61,945 nucleotides of DNA, filler included, from 10 parts of 10 records of this genome joined end to end with filler, not necessarily neighbours in it; one strand, 5' to 3'. Numbered from the whole stretch's first letter, positions 10,286 to 20,234 are shown. Made by a program: numbers and translations. The notes: generated by a model from the letters alone, not told the origin.

Positions 10286-10663
10286 TTAGTCTACTGCTTT
10301 GCTACCTGTAGTACCAGTTCTAACTTGAACTACGTCTAAAATTGGCATCACAAATATTTTTCCACATCCGTGAGGAGCGTCTTGATTTGCTTCAATGATA
10401 GCGTCAACAGCAGGTTGTACAAAAGAGTCGTTCACAACAATCTCTAAAACTCTTTGTGCACGTAAGCGAGGCTCTTTGCCCATATGCTCTAAAGCCTCAG
10501 GCTGATCATTTTTTACGCCTTCAAGTATCTTTGCTTCCCAAAGTCCTTTTCCTCTTCCAAATACTTTACCCGATGCAGTCATCGAAGTAATATTGGCCTC
10601 TAGAAGGGCTTTTTTAGTAGCATTCATCTTATCGATGTTAATTATTGCCATTACTTTCTTCAT
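10286..10663 (-). CDS. nifI2: PII-family nitrogenase regulator NifI2
   Basis: PII fold (GRGKG, GKIFVMPI..VRTG), second PII gene between nifH and nifD. Confidence 0.88.
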   Translation of the reverse strand: MKKVMAIINIDKMNATKKALLEANITSMTASGKVFGRGKGLWEAKILEGVKNDQPEALEHMGKEPRLRAQRVLEIVVNDSFVQPAVDAIIEANQDAPHGCGKIFVMPILDVVQVRTGTTGSKAVD

Positions 10664-10700
10664 GTCTCAGACTTTTAAGATTTGTAAATCAGGTAAATTA

Positions 10701-11027
10701 TTAAAGCTCTTTTGCTCCACTAGATATAGTGTAAGCTTCTTCAACTGGAGTGATAAAAATTTTACCATCACCAAATGCTCCTGATTCGCCTGAGCGTGCA
10801 GTTTCCATAATAGTTCTAACAGCGAAATCTTTATCTTCGTCTTTGATTACCATGATCAATTGTTCTTTTGGTAATTCATCATAAGTAACATCTCCAATTT
10901 TGATTCCTCGTTGTTTACCTCTACCTACAACTGGTGATTTTGTAACAGCGATATAACCTGCTTCGAATAATGCTTTAAGGACTACACTTGATTTTTCTGG
11001 ACGTATAATTGCTTTGATCATTAACAT
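10701..11027 (-). CDS. nifI1: PII-family nitrogenase regulator NifI1
   Basis: AIIRPEK, GRGKQRGIKIGDVTYDELPK, GAFGDGKIF. Confidence 0.92.
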   Translation of the reverse strand: MLMIKAIIRPEKSSVVLKALFEAGYIAVTKSPVVGRGKQRGIKIGDVTYDELPKEQLIMVIKDEDKDFAVRTIMETARSGESGAFGDGKIFITPVEEAYTISSGAKEL

Positions 11028-11162
11028 TTTCTGGGTCTCCTATTATTTAGTTTGTGAATTGTTGAGCTAGCTCAACGGAAGTTTGTTTATTGTAAAAGCA
11101 TTCTGTATTCAGTCTCAGTAGGCAGTATGTCTGAACTGCTTACTGTAGACTGATTACTTGAA

Positions 11163-11598
<436 letters not shown>

Positions 11599-11698
11599 NN
11601 NNNNNNNNNNNNNNNNNNNNNNNNNNNNNNNNNNNNNNNNNNTTAATTAATTAANNNNNNNNNNNNNNNNNNNNNNNNNNNNNNNNNNNNNNNNNNNN
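11599..11698. other. Artificial contig spacer
   Basis: N44-TTAATTAATTAA-N44. Confidence 0.98.
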
Positions 11699-11776
11699 AA
11701 AAAGACGCAGAAGACGCTGGACAAGGAGCTAAAACTCGCGATCGCACGTATGAAGGAGGTGCAGCGCCATGGCTAA
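11699..11776 (+). CDS. C-terminal fragment of a RelE/HigB (Gp49-like) toxin
   Basis: KKTQKTLDKELKLAIARMKEV is the characteristic KKTQKT C-terminus; overlaps the downstream HTH gene. Confidence 0.75.
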   Translation, partial: KKTQKTLDKELKLAIARMKEVQRHG

Positions 11777-12053
11777 GAACCCGCAGATTGGAGAAAGCTT
11801 CGAGAGCTTCCAGCGCGACGAGGGCATTTACGAGGAGGTCACCGCGACCGCCATCAAGCGCACGTTGGCGCTTCAGATCGAGCAGGAGATGGCGGCGCAG
11901 AACATCTCCAAATCGGAGATGGCCCGCCGCATGAAAACCAGCGCCACGCAGCTCGGCCGATTGCTTGATCCGAACAACGACCGCATCCAACTCGACACAC
12001 TGGTCCGGGCTGCCTCGGCTGTCGGCAAGCATCTGTCCGTCAGCCTTGTTTAA
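11769..12053 (+). CDS. XRE-family HTH antitoxin (HigA-like)
   Basis: IGESFESF..EGIYEEV, ISKSEMARRMKTSATQLGRLLDP, LDTLVRAASAVGK; GGAGG RBS. Confidence 0.85.
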   Translation: MAKNPQIGESFESFQRDEGIYEEVTATAIKRTLALQIEQEMAAQNISKSEMARRMKTSATQLGRLLDPNNDRIQLDTLVRAASAVGKHLSVSLV

Positions 12054-12197
12054 GCCCTCGTGGCCGAGATGCATTCACGCCGGAGCAGGGAACCATGACG
12101 GTTTTTTCAGCGGCTGCAAGGAGTAGGATGCGCCCGTGACTTGTTTCCCTCCGCAGGGTCATGCCCGGTTTTTTTCTGTCATGATGAAGGAATTCCG

Positions 12198-12986
12198 ATG
12201 GAACCGATCCTGAACAAAGCGGGTGGTGTCGATATCGCGGCGATCGGCTACCCCTCGGTTCGCGAGGCCTTCAACGAGACTTTGCAGCTTTGCGTCGACA
12301 AGCTCTCGAAAAAGGATTTAGGGCTGGCGCAGGAAATTCTCGGCGATGCTGCGTTTGACGACGCAGAGCCCGGCATTCATGAGATGCTGGCCGATACGGC
12401 GCTCTATTCCCGCAAGGGGCCGTCCGGTGGGCGACGGGCCATCGACCGCATCGCGCCGAAACTCTCCGTCAAGCGCGATCCGCTGAAATTGGCGATCGCT
12501 ACATGCCTGCCGGAAGCCTTCTTCTCGGTCTTGGAGATCAGCGAGGCGCATGGGCAAGGCGGCGTCCTGGCGCGGGACCTGCTTGACGATGGCCGTGTCC
12601 TTCACGTCATGGACAACGCGCTTGTGGCGCAGGTCGCCGAACAGGGCCGAATTCTGCTCGCCGGGCGTTTCGTCGATCTCGGTCCCTGGCATATCGGTTT
12701 CGGCATCGTTTCCCGCGTTCGCAAGAGCGAAGCCGTGGCGATCAGCCTGGCGCTTTCCCAAAGCGACGCTCTAGGCTCCGTACGCGACAATCTGCACGAA
12801 CTTCTGTATCCGGCGCATCTGTATGGCGGGAATCTCGTCATGGCTGCGCTCGAACCGATGATCATGTCGCTCGCCATGGCCATCGACACGGACATGATCG
12901 AGATGGACGATCTTGCCGCGGGTCTGGGCTCGCTTCTTCCTGGAAAACCCGCGTCCAGACGCCGGCGCAAGGCCGTTTCCTCATGA
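12198..12986 (+). CDS. Hypothetical protein
   Basis: ATG with AAGGA RBS; stop overlaps the next start (ATGA). Confidence 0.7.
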   Translation: MEPILNKAGGVDIAAIGYPSVREAFNETLQLCVDKLSKKDLGLAQEILGDAAFDDAEPGIHEMLADTALYSRKGPSGGRRAIDRIAPKLSVKRDPLKLAIATCLPEAFFSVLEISEAHGQGGVLARDLLDDGRVLHVMDNALVAQVAEQGRILLAGRFVDLGPWHIGFGIVSRVRKSEAVAISLALSQSDALGSVRDNLHELLYPAHLYGGNLVMAALEPMIMSLAMAIDTDMIEMDDLAAGLGSLLPGKPASRRRRKAVSS

Positions 12987-14500
12987 GCAGCGGGATCGAG
13001 GATCGGCTCAAGGCGCTCGATGGTGCCGTATTGGCGGCTCTTCTTCTGAAGCGTGCCGGATTTGACGAGGATTTTCGGCTCTGGCTCGAAGCCGAACTGG
13101 CGGCGCTCGAATCGCGGGAAACACGAACGCGGCTCGATCCGGAACCGTTCCGTCGGCGCGCCGAAGTGCTGCTGGAGGCGGCCGGTGGCGGGCGTTGCCG
13201 GCGACATTGGGATGACGGGAGATCGAGCATCGATGAAGCGGAGCTCGAAGAGCTGATCGGTCAGGCCGAGCCGTTTCTCGCCAGCGGCGACAGCGCCAAC
13301 GCTCTGGCGATCCTTAAGCCTGTCGCCGGAGCCTTGGCGGAGTATTGGCCCGAATGTGCCAATTGGGACGAAACCCTGCACGAGTTCTTCCCGATGCTCG
13401 ACCGGATGATCGCCCAGGCCGTCCTGATGGACGATTACTCCCGTGAGGCACGCGAAGATCTCGCCGACGAACCGAGCGGCTGGCAGGAAGGGGTCTCCGA
13501 ATACGGCGCCGATGGTGCCTTTGCCGTCGCCATAGCGGTTTCCGCGCTAGGCTGGGATGAGCCGGGCCTCGAGGACGTGCTCGTCGGGCGGAAAGGCATC
13601 TGGCCGCCGGCCGGAAAAAGCGGCTGGCGAAACGACGAACTGACCGCGGCGCGGCTTGCCGCGCTTGAAGCCATGGGGCGCACAGATCATTTTCTCAACC
13701 TGTCCAAGGCCGCCGGGCGGGATGACGATCATGCCGTGATGCTGGCGAAGCACGAACGGATCGACGAAGCGCTGAAGATCGCCCATGCGAAGTTACTTGA
13801 TCCAGCCGGCGTTTTGCGCTTGGCGGAAACGCTTCTGGAGAAGGACCGGCGCGACGCAGCCTTCGATCTCGGAGCCTGGGGATTGTCGTTGCCGGCAGAG
13901 GAAAGTGGGAGCGGGGGTATGCACCATAGGCTCGCCCTCGCGCGCTGGCTGCGCGATCGGGCACAGACCGCAGGCCGACAGGACCTTGCCATCCTGGCGG
14001 CACGGGCGGCGTTCGAGGAAAGCCTTTCCCGGGAGGATTTCCGCGTGGCGGAAAACCTGAGTGAGGCCACGGACTGGTCGGACATGCGCGCGGCGCTTCT
14101 GAAGCGCCTCATGGATTCCAAGTATGCGCATGACCGTCTCGATATCCTTCTCGACGAAAACCTGATCGACGATGCCGTGGCCGTCGTCGAGCGCGAACAT
14201 GACGGCCATCTCAGTCCGTACGACGGAACGCTGATGCGCCTAGTGGATGCCGCGTGCCCCCGCCAACCCGATTGGACGATCCGCTTCGCTTTCCGCATGG
14301 CGACCCCCATCATGGAGGAGGGAAGATCCGGCCACTATGATCTTGCGGCGCGTTGGTTGGAGCAGGCCGGGCACGCCTACGCGGCGGCGGGAAAAAGGGA
14401 TGAATGGTACTACTGCCTCGACGCGCTCATCGAAACCCATCGCCGCAAGCACAAGCTGCGCCCGCTCCTGGAAGCGTTACGAAAGACCGGGGAAGAGTGA
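12983..14500 (+). CDS. Helical-repeat protein resembling the body of SWIM zinc-finger proteins but lacking the SWIM motif
   Basis: 505 aa, alpha-helical; C-terminal GRSGHYDLAARWL...HRRKHKLRPLL resembles that family; no CxC..CxH motif. Confidence 0.55.
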   Translation: MSSGIEDRLKALDGAVLAALLLKRAGFDEDFRLWLEAELAALESRETRTRLDPEPFRRRAEVLLEAAGGGRCRRHWDDGRSSIDEAELEELIGQAEPFLASGDSANALAILKPVAGALAEYWPECANWDETLHEFFPMLDRMIAQAVLMDDYSREAREDLADEPSGWQEGVSEYGADGAFAVAIAVSALGWDEPGLEDVLVGRKGIWPPAGKSGWRNDELTAARLAALEAMGRTDHFLNLSKAAGRDDDHAVMLAKHERIDEALKIAHAKLLDPAGVLRLAETLLEKDRRDAAFDLGAWGLSLPAEESGSGGMHHRLALARWLRDRAQTAGRQDLAILAARAAFEESLSREDFRVAENLSEATDWSDMRAALLKRLMDSKYAHDRLDILLDENLIDDAVAVVEREHDGHLSPYDGTLMRLVDAACPRQPDWTIRFAFRMATPIMEEGRSGHYDLAARWLEQAGHAYAAAGKRDEWYYCLDALIETHRRKHKLRPLLEALRKTGEE

Positions 14501-14558
14501 GTTGAACGCCTGGCGCCGTTTCCCTGTTTGCCATGGACAATGCCCCGTTCCGTGAAAG

Positions 14559-14588
14559 AAATTCCCTGTTCAGGTGGTCAGGGAATTT
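14559..14588. repeat. Inverted repeat AAATTCCCTG/CAGGGAATTT, with further TTCCCTG copies nearby
   Basis: Direct reading; extra TTCCCTG at about 14520 and 14662. Confidence 0.7.
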
Positions 14589-14717
14589 TCGGTGATACGT
14601 GTGCGATTTCAGTCGGTTAGCAGGTGCGAACGGGGGTAGGATCTGCCGATTCGATGGAAGTTCCCTGTATTTTCCTTGTTTATCAGGCTACGGCGCCAGA
14701 GACGGGTTAGCGGCAGA

Positions 14718-14732
14718 CTTCCCTCTCCGCCA
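14718..14732 (+). mobile_element. Probable att site: tRNA-Ser-like 3' end (CTTCCCTCTCCGCCA)
   Basis: Resembles the ...CCCTCTCTCTCCGCCA tRNA-Ser terminus with no full tRNA upstream; sits between accessory genes and metabolic genes. Confidence 0.5.
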
Positions 14733-14803
14733 TTTATCCAAAAAACCGACAGCCCAGCCGTTTAAGGCGTCCGCCCTGGATTATCCGGGCGCTGCGGACG
14801 CGT

Positions 14804-15880
14804 TCATGTTTCCGGCCCGCCTTCGGGGCGCGGCTGCAGATTGCCGGAGACCGGATGCCGGCCCCGTTCCAGCCACGACGGCAGCCGAACCGTTCCGCGG
14901 GCGATGAAATCTCCGGGGACAAGTCGGGTCGTCATCGGAAGAGAAGCATCGTCGATGCGGGCGAGCAATATGTCGACCGCATCGTCGACCATCAGGTTGA
15001 TCCGTTGGCGCACCGTCGTCAGGTCGTGACTGGGCCAGGCGGCAGGGGGAATGTCGTCGAATCCGATGATCGAGACATCCTCGGGAACCCGCAGCCCCAA
15101 TTTCCCGCGGGCGGCATCGACGGCGCCCAACGCGGTGATGTCGTTGGCACAGAAAATGGCGTCGGGCCTGCCCTGGCGCGACAGCAGCCGGACCGCCGCC
15201 TGGAAGCCGCCCGAATAGGTGTAGTTGCCGACGTCGCGCAGCGGCGGGGCGATGCCGCGTTCGCTCAGGCGGTCTGTGAAGCCGCGCTCACGGTCGACGT
15301 TGGTCGAGGTGTCCTCGACGCCGGCGATGTAGGCGCACGAACGATGATCGGAATCGAGGAACAGATTGGCGATGAAACGGCCGCCTTCGACATTGTCGCA
15401 GGAAACCGAATTGACCTCGGCATTGCGGACATTGCGGTTGAACAGAACCACCGGCGTGCCCAGGCGCGTGCATTCTTCGATCATTTCCGACGACAGGGTG
15501 GCCGAGGTGACGATCAGGCCGTCGACCCGGTATTGCAGCGCCTGCGGCAGGGCGTCGTCGATCGAGCCGCCGGGCGGTACGCTGAACAGCATCAGGCGCC
15601 GGCCGGCCTTTTGGAAAGACACCAGAAACGTCTGAAGAACCTCGGGATAGAACGGGTTGGTGACGTCGCCCATGACCATGCCGATCATGTCGGTCTTGTG
15701 GGTGATCAGGCTGCGGGCAATGGCATTCGGCGTGTAACCGAGCGTATGCGCGGCCTCCATGACCTTCTTCCGGGTCGCCGGAGAGACGCTGGCGCCGGCG
15801 GTAAACGTCCGCGAAACGGCGGATTGCGAAACGCCGGCAACCCGCGCAACGTCAAGAGAAGTCACTTTTTCCTTACCCAC
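14804..15880 (-). CDS. LacI-family transcriptional regulator (HpsR-like)
   Basis: VTSLDVARVAGVSQSAVSR HTH, YTPNAIARSL hinge, periplasmic-binding-like domain; directly downstream of hpsN. Confidence 0.9.
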   Translation of the reverse strand: MGKEKVTSLDVARVAGVSQSAVSRTFTAGASVSPATRKKVMEAAHTLGYTPNAIARSLITHKTDMIGMVMGDVTNPFYPEVLQTFLVSFQKAGRRLMLFSVPPGGSIDDALPQALQYRVDGLIVTSATLSSEMIEECTRLGTPVVLFNRNVRNAEVNSVSCDNVEGGRFIANLFLDSDHRSCAYIAGVEDTSTNVDRERGFTDRLSERGIAPPLRDVGNYTYSGGFQAAVRLLSRQGRPDAIFCANDITALGAVDAARGKLGLRVPEDVSIIGFDDIPPAAWPSHDLTTVRQRINLMVDDAVDILLARIDDASLPMTTRLVPGDFIARGTVRLPSWLERGRHPVSGNLQPRPEGGPET

Positions 15881-15906
15881 AAACGGTCCTTTCCACGGAC
15901 GATGCG

Positions 15907-17205
15907 TCAGTTCGCCACCGGGGCGCGAACGCTACCATAGCGCTTTACCCGAAGATCGGCTTGCGCCTTGTGGCCGGCAAACCGCTCAAGTTCGCACAAC
16001 CGCGAGCAATACTCCCCGATGAAGGCGCTGGCCTCGGGGGCCACCCGCTGATAGGTGCAGGTCTTGATGAACTTGCCGACCCAAAGGCCGCCTGTATAGC
16101 GTGCCGCCTTGCGAGTCGGAAGAGTGTGATTGGTCCCGATCACCTTGTCGCCGTAGGCGACGTTGGTTTCGGGGCCGAGGAACAAAGCCCCGTAATTCGT
16201 CATGTTTTCCAGGAAATACCCGGGATCGCGGGTCATCACCTGAACGTGCTCGGCGGCGATATCGTTGGCCACCGTCACCATTTCGGCGTCCGATTCGCAG
16301 ACGATGACGGCTCCGTAGTCCTCCCAGGATTTGCGGGCATTCTCGGCGGTCGGTAGATTTTCAAGCTGGCGTTCGACCTCGGTCATGGTTTCCCGGGCCA
16401 GCTTTTCGGATGTGGTCAGCAGGATGGCGGGTGAATTGGTACCATGTTCGGCCTGGCCGAGAAGGTCGGTCGCGGCCATTTCGGCATCGCAGCCGGTTTC
16501 GTCGCAGATGACCAGGGTTTCGGTCGGGCCGGCCAGAAGGTCGATGCCGACGCGGCCGAACAGCTGCCGCTTCGCCTCGGCGACGTAGGCATTGCCGGGG
16601 CCGCAGATGATATCGACGCCCCGGATCGTCTCCGTACCGAGCGCCATGGCGGCAATTGCCTGGACTCCGCCCAACACGTAGATGTCGTCGGCGCCGCCAA
16701 GATGCTGGGCGGCAACGATGGCCGGGTTGGGGGCGCCGCGGTCCGGCGGCGCCGCGGCCAGGATGCGCCCGGCACCGGCCACTTTCGACGTGATGACGCT
16801 CATGTGGGCCGATGCCACCATCGGGTATTTGCCGCCCGGCACGTAGCAGCCGACGGCGTTGACCGGAATGTTCCTGTGCCCGAGCCAGACGCCAGGGAGG
16901 GTTTCGATTTCGATATCGCGAAGGGCTTCCTTCTGGTATTCGGCGAACCGGCGGATCTGGTCCTGGGCGAACCGGATATCGTCGATCACGGTTTCCGGCA
17001 GGCTTTTGATGCAGGCCTGAATTTCGTCCTCGCTCAGCCGGAAACCGGCCGGGCTCCAATCGTCGAATTTTTCGGAATAGCGCCGGACGGCGGCGTCGCC
17101 TTCCCGCGTGATATCGTCGAGAATGGACTCGACCGTTTTGCGTACCCGAGCGTCCTCGACAGCCGCCTGTTCCGTGCTGATTCCGCGTTTAAGATATTTC
17201 ACCAT
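15907..17205 (-). CDS. hpsN: Sulfopropanediol (DHPS) 3-dehydrogenase, histidinol-dehydrogenase family
   Basis: [41 protein letters not shown], and [14 protein letters not shown] (HpsN-type rather than HisD GDY..GPNHVLPT); no his genes nearby. Confidence 0.8.
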   Translation of the reverse strand: MVKYLKRGISTEQAAVEDARVRKTVESILDDITREGDAAVRRYSEKFDDWSPAGFRLSEDEIQACIKSLPETVIDDIRFAQDQIRRFAEYQKEALRDIEIETLPGVWLGHRNIPVNAVGCYVPGGKYPMVASAHMSVITSKVAGAGRILAAAPPDRGAPNPAIVAAQHLGGADDIYVLGGVQAIAAMALGTETIRGVDIICGPGNAYVAEAKRQLFGRVGIDLLAGPTETLVICDETGCDAEMAATDLLGQAEHGTNSPAILLTTSEKLARETMTEVERQLENLPTAENARKSWEDYGAVIVCESDAEMVTVANDIAAEHVQVMTRDPGYFLENMTNYGALFLGPETNVAYGDKVIGTNHTLPTRKAARYTGGLWVGKFIKTCTYQRVAPEASAFIGEYCSRLCELERFAGHKAQADLRVKRYGSVRAPVAN

Positions 17206-17265
17206 GACGCTCTCCTCGTCGATCCTATTCCCTGACCGAATATTTGTCGCGAATGGTCACATGTA

Positions 17266-17281
17266 TTGCATTCGAATGCAA
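17266..17281. promoter_or_regulatory. LacI-type operator, perfect palindrome TTGCATTCGAATGCAA upstream of hpsN
   Basis: 16-bp palindrome with central CG, about 60 nt upstream of the start. Confidence 0.75.
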
Positions 17282-17408
17282 ATCAATAAGCGGCAGAAAT
17301 ACGGGGTTTTTTACATCGTAATCCGTAAACATGAGCATTCTTTCAATTCTTTGCCTTCAAACAGCCTGTTTTTCTCAATTCTTGACGGGGCGGTTTTGTC
17401 GGCGGCAC

Positions 17409-18200
17409 CTATTGGGCCGTGCATCCGCCGTCAATCGTCAGGGCGCTACCGGTAATTGAGGCGGCTGACTCTGAGCACAGAAACACGGCCAAATCCGCCA
17501 CTTCCGTTACGCTTACGAAGCGCCGGGATGGTTGGGATTGAAGCATGATATCGCGCATGACCTCTTCCTCGGGTATGCCGCGGGAGCGCGCGAGGTCCGG
17601 AACCTGTGCTTCCACAAGGGGCGTCAGCACGTAACCCGGGCAGATGGCATTGGCAGTGACGCCGGACTCGGCTGCTTCCAGTGCCGCAGTCTTGGTCAAT
17701 CCGACGATACCATGTTTGGCTGCGGCATAGGCGCCTTTGAAAGGCGAGGACACCAACCCGTGGGAGGACGCCATGTTGACGATTCGCCCCCAACCGTTTG
17801 TTTTCATATCCGCGATAGCCAGTCGAATGGTATGGAAAGATGCCGAAAGGTTGATGGCAATAATCCGGTCCCATATTTCCGGCGGAAAGGACTCCAGCGA
17901 CGAAACATACTGAATCCCGGCATTGTTGACGAGAATGTCGATGGAGCCCAAAAACGCCTTGGATTCCTCCATTAAATTGATGATTTGATCCGGTTTCGAT
18001 AGGTCTGCGGGGTGGTAACCGATGCTGCATCCGGTGCGTCCCGCCAAGTCGCTTCGGATGTGTTCGATTTCGTTCCCATCCCCAAATCCGTTGAGCATCA
18101 CATCGGCGCCGGCTTCCGCAAGTGCCGATGCGATCCCAAGGCCGATACCGCTCGTGGATCCGGTTACCAGAGCATTTCGCCCTTTTAGTGACGGTATCAT
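17409..18200 (-). CDS. SDR oxidoreductase, 3-hydroxybutyrate dehydrogenase-like
   Basis: TGSTSGIG, NNAGIQ, ASSHGL, SPFKGAYAAAKHG, ICPGYVLTPLV. Confidence 0.88.
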   Translation of the reverse strand: MIPSLKGRNALVTGSTSGIGLGIASALAEAGADVMLNGFGDGNEIEHIRSDLAGRTGCSIGYHPADLSKPDQIINLMEESKAFLGSIDILVNNAGIQYVSSLESFPPEIWDRIIAINLSASFHTIRLAIADMKTNGWGRIVNMASSHGLVSSPFKGAYAAAKHGIVGLTKTAALEAAESGVTANAICPGYVLTPLVEAQVPDLARSRGIPEEEVMRDIMLQSQPSRRFVSVTEVADLAVFLCSESAASITGSALTIDGGCTAQ

Positions 18201-18263
18201 TGGGTGTCTCCCGAATCTAAAAAATTAAGCCGCATTTCCATCGTCGCGGGAACGGCGAGGCAA

Positions 18264-18307
18264 TGCATACGAATTCAGCAAATACGCTGTTGACGGACTC
18301 GGGTCAA
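18264..18307 (-). promoter_or_regulatory. Sigma70-like promoter (TTGACC-17-TATTTG) with adjacent operator copy TGAATTCGTATGCA
   Basis: Read on the minus strand upstream of the SDR gene; operator at 18264-18277. Confidence 0.6.
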
Positions 18308-18487
18308 GTCAGGATTTGGGAGTTGTTCGATCCTTCATAGTCAATCCGCGAAGCTGGATTTTTTTGATATAAAGAAAATTGTGTTTTTTCCTGCGATAAA
18401 ACCGTCTGCTATCATTCAGTAAAATAACGGAAAATTATTTTTAGCAACGAAAGTGCTGGATTTTTTTGGTCACTCCGGGGAGCAAAC

Positions 18488-18533
18488 TTGACAAAGTGTT
18501 TATGGATGGATTATTGGAGAGAATACGTATGCA
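18488..18533 (+). promoter_or_regulatory. Sigma70-like promoter (TTGACA at 18488) followed by operator copy AGAATACGTATGCA (18520-18533)
   Basis: Upstream of tctB; same motif as at 17266 and 18264. Confidence 0.6.
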
Positions 18534-18770
18534 TAATTACGGTTCATAAATCTGGTCGGTGGACGGGGCTCGCCAGCGTAGCGTTGGATGCGGTTCCGCA
18601 AGGGATGACGAGCCCGCCTTCGCTGGTGATCGAAAACCGGTTGGGATTTGTCGATCGATTTGGTGCGATGGAAATCCACGCCGATTGCGGACTGTCGGTA
18701 TCGATATGCGGCCGTCCGGTGTTGGTGATCGGATGCGGGGCGGGTTGATACAATAAGTGGGGGCGAACAC

Positions 18771-19190
18771 TTGCTTGCAAAAACGGTTTCGATTTCGTTC
18801 GTTGTTATCTGTTCGATCTATGTATTTACGGCAACGGGGCTTTCATTCGGGGCGCTGAGCTATCCGAAGGCCGGTTTCGTTCCCATGATTGCCGGTTTGG
18901 GGGCCCTCATCCTGGCGACGGTCAATTTATTAAGTACCTGGTTCGACAGGCATTCCCAGGAAATCCCGCGCACCAACGCGAAACAGGTTGTTTTTCTCGT
19001 TCTCGGTCTGGTCGGAGTCCTGATCCTCCTTCAAATCGTCGGCTTCGTTATCTCCACCTTCGTTGGGATGATCTATCTGCTCAAAGTCAGCAACACGCGC
19101 GGTTGGAAAATACCGCTGATCGTTTCGGCCGGACTCTCCGGCGGCCTGTATTTTGTGTTCGGCCATCTTCTCCACGTGCCGCTGCCGTAG
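18771..19190 (+). CDS. tctB: Tripartite tricarboxylate transporter small subunit TctB
   Basis: Four TM segments, YPKAGFVP, ends LLHVPLP; precedes tctA. Confidence 0.85.
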   Translation: MLAKTVSISFVVICSIYVFTATGLSFGALSYPKAGFVPMIAGLGALILATVNLLSTWFDRHSQEIPRTNAKQVVFLVLGLVGVLILLQIVGFVISTFVGMIYLLKVSNTRGWKIPLIVSAGLSGGLYFVFGHLLHVPLP

Positions 19191-19203
19191 GGGGGGCGGA
19201 ACC

Positions 19204-20234
19204 ATGTCCTCGATCGAGATGCTCCTACACGGTTTCGACGTTGCCTTTACGTTGTCCAATATTGCGGCGGCGGCCATTGGGGTTATCTTCGGCACGTTAA
19301 CCGGCGTGCTCCCCGGATTGGGTATTTCAGGCGCGATCTCCCTTTTGCTGCCGATCAGTTTCGGCCTTCATCCCCTGACCGCGCTGACCATTTTCGCAGG
19401 CATCTATTACGGGGCCATGTACGGCGGGTCGACTTCGGCCATTCTGGTCAACGTCCCTGGCGAGGGGCCCTCCGTCATCACCTGTATCGAAGGCCACGCG
19501 ATGGCCAAAAAGGGAAGGGCGGGCGCCGCCCTTGCCGTGGCCGCGGTCGGTTCCTTTATCGCCGGCGTTGTGGGATTGATCGGCCTCACCTTTTTCGCGC
19601 CGATCATTGCCGATGCGGCCCTGGCCTTCGGCCCGCCGGAATACTTCTGCATCGCCTTTCTCGGTCTGGTGCTGTTGTCGGGGATCACCGGGAAATCCAT
19701 GCTGCGCTCCGCCATGATGGTCCTCATCGGCATCATGCTGGGGACGGTTGGACTGGATCCGATGACCGGAATCATGCGTTTCACCTTCGGGGTGGAAGGG
19801 TTCATGAAGGGGTTCGATTTCATCATCGTCATCATGGGGGCCTACGGCCTGGGCGAGGTTTTATATACCATTGCAGAACCCATTGACGCCGCTCCGATGG
19901 TCAAGGTCGGATTCCGCGATCTATACCCGACCCGCACGGAGATAAAACGGTCGGTTCCAGCCATCTTCCGGGGCACCTTCATCGGTTGCCTGATCGGGCT
20001 TATTCCGGGACCGTCCTGCACCATCTCCAGTTTCGCGTCATATGCCGTCGAAAAGAACGTAAGCAAGTACCGCGACGAGTTTGGCAGCGGTGCCATCGAA
20101 GGCGTGGCGGGTCCTGAATCGGCCAACAACAGCGCCGAATCGTCCGCCCTGATTCCGCTCCTTTCGTTGGGTCTCCCGTTCACGTCGTCGGCCGCCATGT
20201 TGCTTAGCGGCTTCCTGATCCACGGCATAACCCC
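19204..20234 (+). CDS. tctA: Tripartite tricarboxylate transporter large subunit TctA (3' truncated)
   Basis: GVLPGLG, YYGAMYGGSTSAIL.N.PG, FGPPEYF, GVAGPESANN. Confidence 0.92.

Noticed and set aside
11643-12074. ORFs running into X-runs (also 20279-20488, 31259-31444, 44878-45633)
   Set aside because: Artefacts of translating through spacers, or antisense to real genes.
14690-14732. Complete tRNA gene
   Set aside because: Only the 3' acceptor-like end is present; no T-loop GTTCGA or cloverleaf could be built.
14855-15940. Long antisense or alternate-frame ORFs (also 42833-44056, 57074-58177, 59018-60529)
   Set aside because: Shadow ORFs of well-supported genes in GC-rich DNA, with no recognisable motifs.
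15907-17205. Housekeeping hisD
   Set aside because: HpsN-type [13 protein letters not shown] motif, a LacI neighbour and no histidine genes favour hpsN.
18488-18780. Short overlapping ORFs upstream of tctB (including a VIGCGAG Rossmann-like string)
   Set aside because: They overlap the promoter and operator, lack an RBS and show no extended homology; probably a leader region.
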